From Nemertoderma westbladi (taxonomy: Eukaryota > Animalia > Xenacoelomorpha): 64,000 nucleotides of DNA. This document shows positions 58,816 through 64,000 of this stretch, piece after piece. Below the pieces are notes generated by a model. It worked only from the letters and a program-made list of their open reading frames with translations. It did not search any database and was not told the origin of the DNA. Both the position numbers and the translations under genes were made by a program. Within the stretch, counting starts at the first letter, position 1. Every line of letters starts with the position of its first letter. The stretch spans positions 7,586 through 71,585 of the forward strand of contig JAUCBJ010008084.1 of assembly GCA_032718475.1 (NCBI GenBank). Reading direction: 5' to 3'.

Positions 58816-61793
58816 TTGTGGGGCGAGCCACGAAGTTGGCGGAGCCTTAGCGAATTGACACTGTTAGGGGTTGGGTCAATTTATGCAAATAGTTGTCGTC
58901 GTCGTCGTCGTCGTCGTTGTCGTCGTCGTCGTCGTCGTTGTCGTCGTCGTCGTTACGATTTTGACATGCTAATAACTTTGTCGGATTTAAAGCTGCCAAG
59001 TTGTAAATTTGTAGGTATCAATATGAGCAAAAGTTGAGATTTTTGAGAGACTTTCAGACACCATCAGTGCAATGGTCTCCCGCTAGAGGGCCACATGTCT
59101 AAACATTAAATGGCCACCCATTTCTTTGCTTTTAATCCGTTTAAGCTGAAACTTGGGAAGTACAGTCGGGGTCTCAAAGTGCATCTGTTCTTTGAGATTT
59201 TCTCAAAGAACTAAAAGTGTCTCAAAGTTCTAAAAGTGGTCCAAGAAAATGACAAAGTGTCCTCAAAGATTTCAAAGATTTCAAAGTAGTACTGTCAGTC
59301 ATTTCATACAGTCCTGCCTGAAGCTGGCTATGGTATGGGGTATATTGACTTTGACTACTAAAGGGTAAAATATAAGTAATAAAAACCTCTATGAAACAAT
59401 AAAGATGCCTCCAAAAAATACTGCAGTAATAAATATTTGTTACTGAAAGTAAGAATTAAACTTACTGCAGTAATAAAAAATTGTCTTTTTCTGCAGTAAC
59501 AAATAATTTGTTACTGCAGTAGAAATTTTTATTCAATTATTTATTAATATTGATTACAGCAGTATAAATTTTTATTCAATTATTTATTAATTTATTAATA
59601 TTGATTATTGCAGTACAGTAATAAATATTTGTTACTGCAGTAATAAATATTTGTTACTGCAGTAATTGTTATATGTTACTGCAGTAACTAATATTTAATA
59701 CAGCAGTATTTTTTGTAGGAATTTTTATTGTTTCATAGAGGATTTTATTAATTTATATTTGGGCTCTTTAGAGACGCCGTAATTGCGGGCTATCGGAATG
59801 TGTTGGTATTTGTGTCATAGACAGTTTGTCTGTTGCCCTATCTATATTAATGTATAGTGCTAAAACTGTACTGTTTTAATTTGTTTAGCCCACGTGAACG
59901 CCGAATACCTTTACCAATGCATTTCAATGGTCAACCAGCCATACTTTGCCGCACTGTAAATTGTGTTATACAAAGTAAAGAATAACGATAGAGGCAGGAA
60001 TAAAGATAAATGATTCAAGCGCACTAATTGGCTGTTCCCATAGATGTTTTAGGCATTGTTGGTGCGCAATGCATATGGTCAGAGCGACCGCCCAGTCTGC
60101 CAAAATCTATTATGTAATCAAATGGTACCACAAGCCAAGCAAAGCATGTGACAGTTCTTTCCGACTCTGCACCTGTTTGTTTGAAGGTCGCCGACCGTGG
60201 GTCGCTACTCACTAGCTGTGATTGATAGTTTAAACTGGGTGCCGCTTTGCCAGAAGGCGGTACACATCAATTGAATATGAGGCAAACATTTAAAATATGC
60301 TCAAATATAAACGCCAGCGGCAGGGGATATTTTAATATCTCTATTAAGCTAAAACAACACAAGATTGTAGCCGTTCTATCGTACTTGAATGTCGAAAGCC
60401 TTTCTTAGTTTTTAAGAAGGAATTCTCGCGCTCTCGTCAACATAGTTATCATATTAATTAAACAGTAAAGGTAGTACGGTTTGACCTGAGGTGACTAATG
60501 AAATGAATAACAAATGTTATTACAAGCTTTCTCCCAACAGGGCTTCTTTAGGTCATTATAATGAAACTGCATATACACAGAGATACTACAGTGCAGTTTC
60601 TCTTATATTAATTGTTAATCTGATATTGTATTATGTTATTAAAATAATCAATCTTGTCAAGCATTAATCTTGTTTCACAAATTATGTTTCATGTATTATG
60701 TGAATGAATGTTTTTTAGAAAGACTTTAGGGTGCCGTAAATTCAATTTGTACTTGCAACCGAAAACCCATCCTGTAATGACCTCAGGAACCTCAATTTGA
60801 TAAATTAATGGGAATATAGCTTCTATGCAACAACTGGCCAGCACACAAGTATCACTTTGTTGCCCGCATAATATTGTTCCCCGAGAATGCCTCTGCCTCT
60901 CAGTTAACTTACCACGAGCTGTCAATCAGGAATACCTCGGAGTTTATTTTCTCAAAGAATTAAAAGTGCCGCAAACTACCTCAAAGTTACATTTCTCAAA
61001 GAATTCAAAGTGCCTAAAAGCAGGAAATCACTTTGAGATTCCCAACTAAAAGTGTCTCCAAGAATTCAAAGCGGCCGTTGGGAGTAATGTAATGACTTTT
61101 AGACACTTTTAGAAAAACTTTGAGAAAATCTCAAAGAACAGATGCACTTTGAGACCCCGACTGTATGTACTAGACCATTAGCTGTAAATTTCAAAGGAGG
61201 CTAATCTGTCTGCAGTTCTCCAGTCTGCCGCTAGAGGGCGAAATGTCCCGAATGTGAAATTATTCTTCCATTTAGTTGTTTATGATCTGATTACGCTGAA
61301 ACTTGTCATATATGTACTAGAAGACATCCTAAGTCTTTGTGTGGACAGTAATCGGTCCGGAGTTTTCGAGTCTGCCGCTAGAGGGCGAAATGTAGGAAAG
61401 TGATAACCTTCGCGAATTCCTTGATCTTAATCTATTTAAGCTGAATTTTGGAATATACAGTACCGGTATGTACTAGACCACATGCCTCGTCTTTGTGAGG
61501 AAGGTGATCGATCCGTAGTTCTTTAATATGCCGCTAGAGGGCTAAATGTATGAAAGTGAAAACCTTCCAACATTTCGTTATTTATGATCCGTCAATCGGA
61601 AACTTGGTAGATATGTAATAGACCATAGGCTGTGGCTTTGTAGGGAAACTAATCCTTCCTTCTTCAGTTACCCAGTCTCCCGCTAGAGGGTTAACGTTTT
61701 CCGGGAAAATCTTCTCCTATGTTTTTATAATCCTTTCGAGTTGATACTTAGCATTAACTCATTTCACGTGCTGCGCGAAGGCCCCACTTCGTG
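58816..61793 (+). mobile_element. Helentron/DINE-like non-autonomous element with a (CGT)n microsatellite and ~150-bp internal repeats
   Basis: 5' GTGGGGCGAGCCACGAAGT matches the inverted 3' GCCCCACTTCGTG; (CGT)n at 58895-58953; repeats carry CCGCTAGAGGG. Confidence 0.55.
59163..61163. mobile_element. Tc1/mariner-like MITE
   Basis: TA|CAGTCGGGGTCTCAAAGTGCATCTGTTCTTTGAGATTTTCTCAAAG with a perfect inverted copy ending ...CCCCGACTG|TA. Confidence 0.85.
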
Positions 61794-62844
61794 TTACTGT
61801 ATGTACTTTACATAGGAATAAATCTATCTATATACAGTATATCTCTAAAAAAAGAGTTAAGATAATGGGTTACTTAGAATAAGGTAATATACTGTAATAT
61901 TATTATATATATAGATATGTAATATAATATGTAATTATGTTAATTATAATTATTATTATTATTATAATAAATATGTAATTAACTTGCGACCCCTGTAAGA
62001 ATATTCATTACCGTACATCTCCTGCGGACAATCCTTTGTCATTATCAAACGATTATCATTAAATCATAAAATCAAGCACACATGCTGCACGCACTGCTTG
62101 CATATGGTTTCACCAACATGCTGTAATACTACTGTATATGCCAACATACTGTACAATACATACCGGTACCGGTACCATACATAACACAAGGTTCTAATTA
62201 TAATTCCCAACTACAATCGTCAGATAGGGGGGGAGAACTCTCCAGGGGAAATTCGACGCAAATAACAGCTGATTAGGCCTACTCTTAAAAATAAAACTGA
62301 AACCAGATCTATTGTGTTTAGTTTATTGTTTTGGTTAAAACAACGTGCCACTGTAACCTGTTCCTTTCCCTAAATTGAGAATTTAACATTGAGGCGGGAT
62401 ATTAATTCGCCAAGGCGGGTTTTGCGTCCAGTTTCCCCCCCTGTCCCACAATCGTACATTTCCAAATATCTCATCCTAACAAATTCCCAATCCTATGGCG
62501 AGTTCCTAATTCCGAAAAAAAAAATCGATTTTCCGTTTTCAATCCCCCCTGGTGCAGATTTTTGAGCAGATTAGGGAAATTGGGCGCAAATCCCATCTTG
62601 GCCAATTAATATCCCGCCTCAATGTTAAATTCTCAATTTATGGAAAGGACCATGTTACAGTGGTACTTTATTTCTTTATTTTAACCAAAACTTTGAGAGT
62701 AATCCGCTGTTATTTGAGTCGAAATTTCCCTGAAGATGCATTTTTATTGAGTCCAGCCCCCCCCCCCCCCCCCCTTTACCTTTACTGGTCGATGATTTCA
62801 TTCCAAACGTCAGTTATCACTTTTAACGAAAACTATTATTTGTT

Positions 62845-63320
62845 TATGTCTGTCTGTCAGTCTGTTTGTCCGTCGGTCGACGATCTGTCCGTCAAAATAT
62901 AAGAACATAATACCACCAAGCTCAAACTTTTTTGTTGTGGTTTTCCTGGTTGCTGATTTCATATCCGTCGTCAGACTTCTCTATTAGCAAAACCTATGTC
63001 TATATGTCTGTCTGTCGGTTTTCTGTCTGTCCAGCTATCTGCCTGTCAAAGTAATGGTGAAGCATATACCACCTGGCTTAAAATGTTCGTTATGGGGGTT
63101 TTCATGGTTGGTGATTTTATTTCCGATGTCAGTTTTCATGTATGACGTTATCCACATTGTCTGTCTGTCTTTTCAGCTCGCGGTCATGTTTTGACGGACA
63201 GACCGACAGCAATTCAGACAGACATGACGATGTCAAATGAAAACTCTGACTTCAGAAATGAAATCACAGGCCGGGAAAACCCTTGCAGCAAAATTTTCAG
63301 CTGGGTTGTGTGCATTTTAA
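62845..63320. repeat. (GTCT)n-containing dispersed repeat with direct and inverted subunits
   Basis: Two direct ~160-bp units (ATACCACC...GGTTTTC..GGTTG.TGATTT) and an inverted unit at about 63195-63310. Confidence 0.5.
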
Positions 63321-64000
63321 CATTTAAATTTTAAAAACGACATTAAAGCGCGTTTATAATGTCCGCCATTGCAAAGTGGTAGAAATAGCTTTTTCCCTTA
63401 ATTGTATATACACCGTATTTGTTGTGTAGATTTTGCTGTATTTTTAAAATATGCAAAGATTACTATGGGGACAGAAAGCGTATAAACGGCGTAAAAACTA
63501 AAAAATGCACCTAGCGGACCAGACACAGACATTTTGGGATTAATCTTTTACACAAACCAACTGACAGACTATCATCTCGTATAGACCCTACAGCAGCCTA
63601 CCTGCACCACAGCTATATTTTCCGTAAATTTAATCCCACTAATGTCACTCACTACCTTGAATTCAGTACGAATAAATTGACGGAAAATTACAAAAATTCT
63701 TCATAATTATACCATCTAAAATTAGTTGATAAATAGGAAAAAATATGTATGCGAAAATGAACGAAGTGAATAATAAAAAGAAGCCCGCTTTCTTCCCTTG
63801 TACTACAATATAAGGCAATATAAATAAACAAAATACAGTAGATCAGGGCAATAACATCAATTTCTTCCTGACATGGATTTGTTTATAATACGTTATTGTA
63901 TGCACAGTTGTAGCAGGCCTACTGTACCCTACCTGTCTGGGATTATGTGAAATAGATTAAACCAGTGAAAATGAATGTCTTTGATAGACAACCCTCTACG

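Noticed and set aside
62321-62361. RAG/Transib RSS-like signal (TACAGTG...ACCAAAACA on the minus strand)
   Set aside because: It lacks the essential CAC, the spacer is not 12 or 23, the heptamer-like part is not conserved in other copies, and it is not at an element end.
40212-62902. Numerous short ORFs (60-170 aa) in the right third of the window
   Set aside because: They are low-complexity translations of MITE and minisatellite sequence; only the CR1 fragments show protein motifs.

Overview
Repeat-rich, gene-free eukaryotic (probably invertebrate animal) DNA. The first 40 kb holds an 84-bp satellite array (about 9682-18462 and 32397-40170) and two divergent BEL/Pao LTR retrotransposons on the + strand. 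Element 1 is 5'-truncated by the window edge and ends at 9681. Element 2 is full length (18463-32396) with 509-bp LTRs and an AGCAG target-site duplication (TSD). Both elements carry a homologous extra ORF in the env position, between pol and the 3' LTR. It encodes a predicted WRN/EXD2/Mut-7-like DEDD 3'-5' exonuclease, three clustered CCHC-type zinc knuckles and a shared C-terminal motif; this is the best candidate for an undescribed system. Element 2 has no TGG tRNA primer-binding site (PBS); instead the 10 nt after its 5' LTR are exactly complementary to an LTR-internal sequence, as in self-priming Tf1. The long LTR of element 1 contains seven copies of a covarying kink-turn/UUCG hairpin module. 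The last 24 kb is nested non-autonomous DNA transposons (piggyBac-, hAT-, Mutator-, Tc1- and Helentron-like), a CR1 fragment, tRNA-derived SINEs and minisatellites. All calls were made by eye; no searches or folding programs were run.
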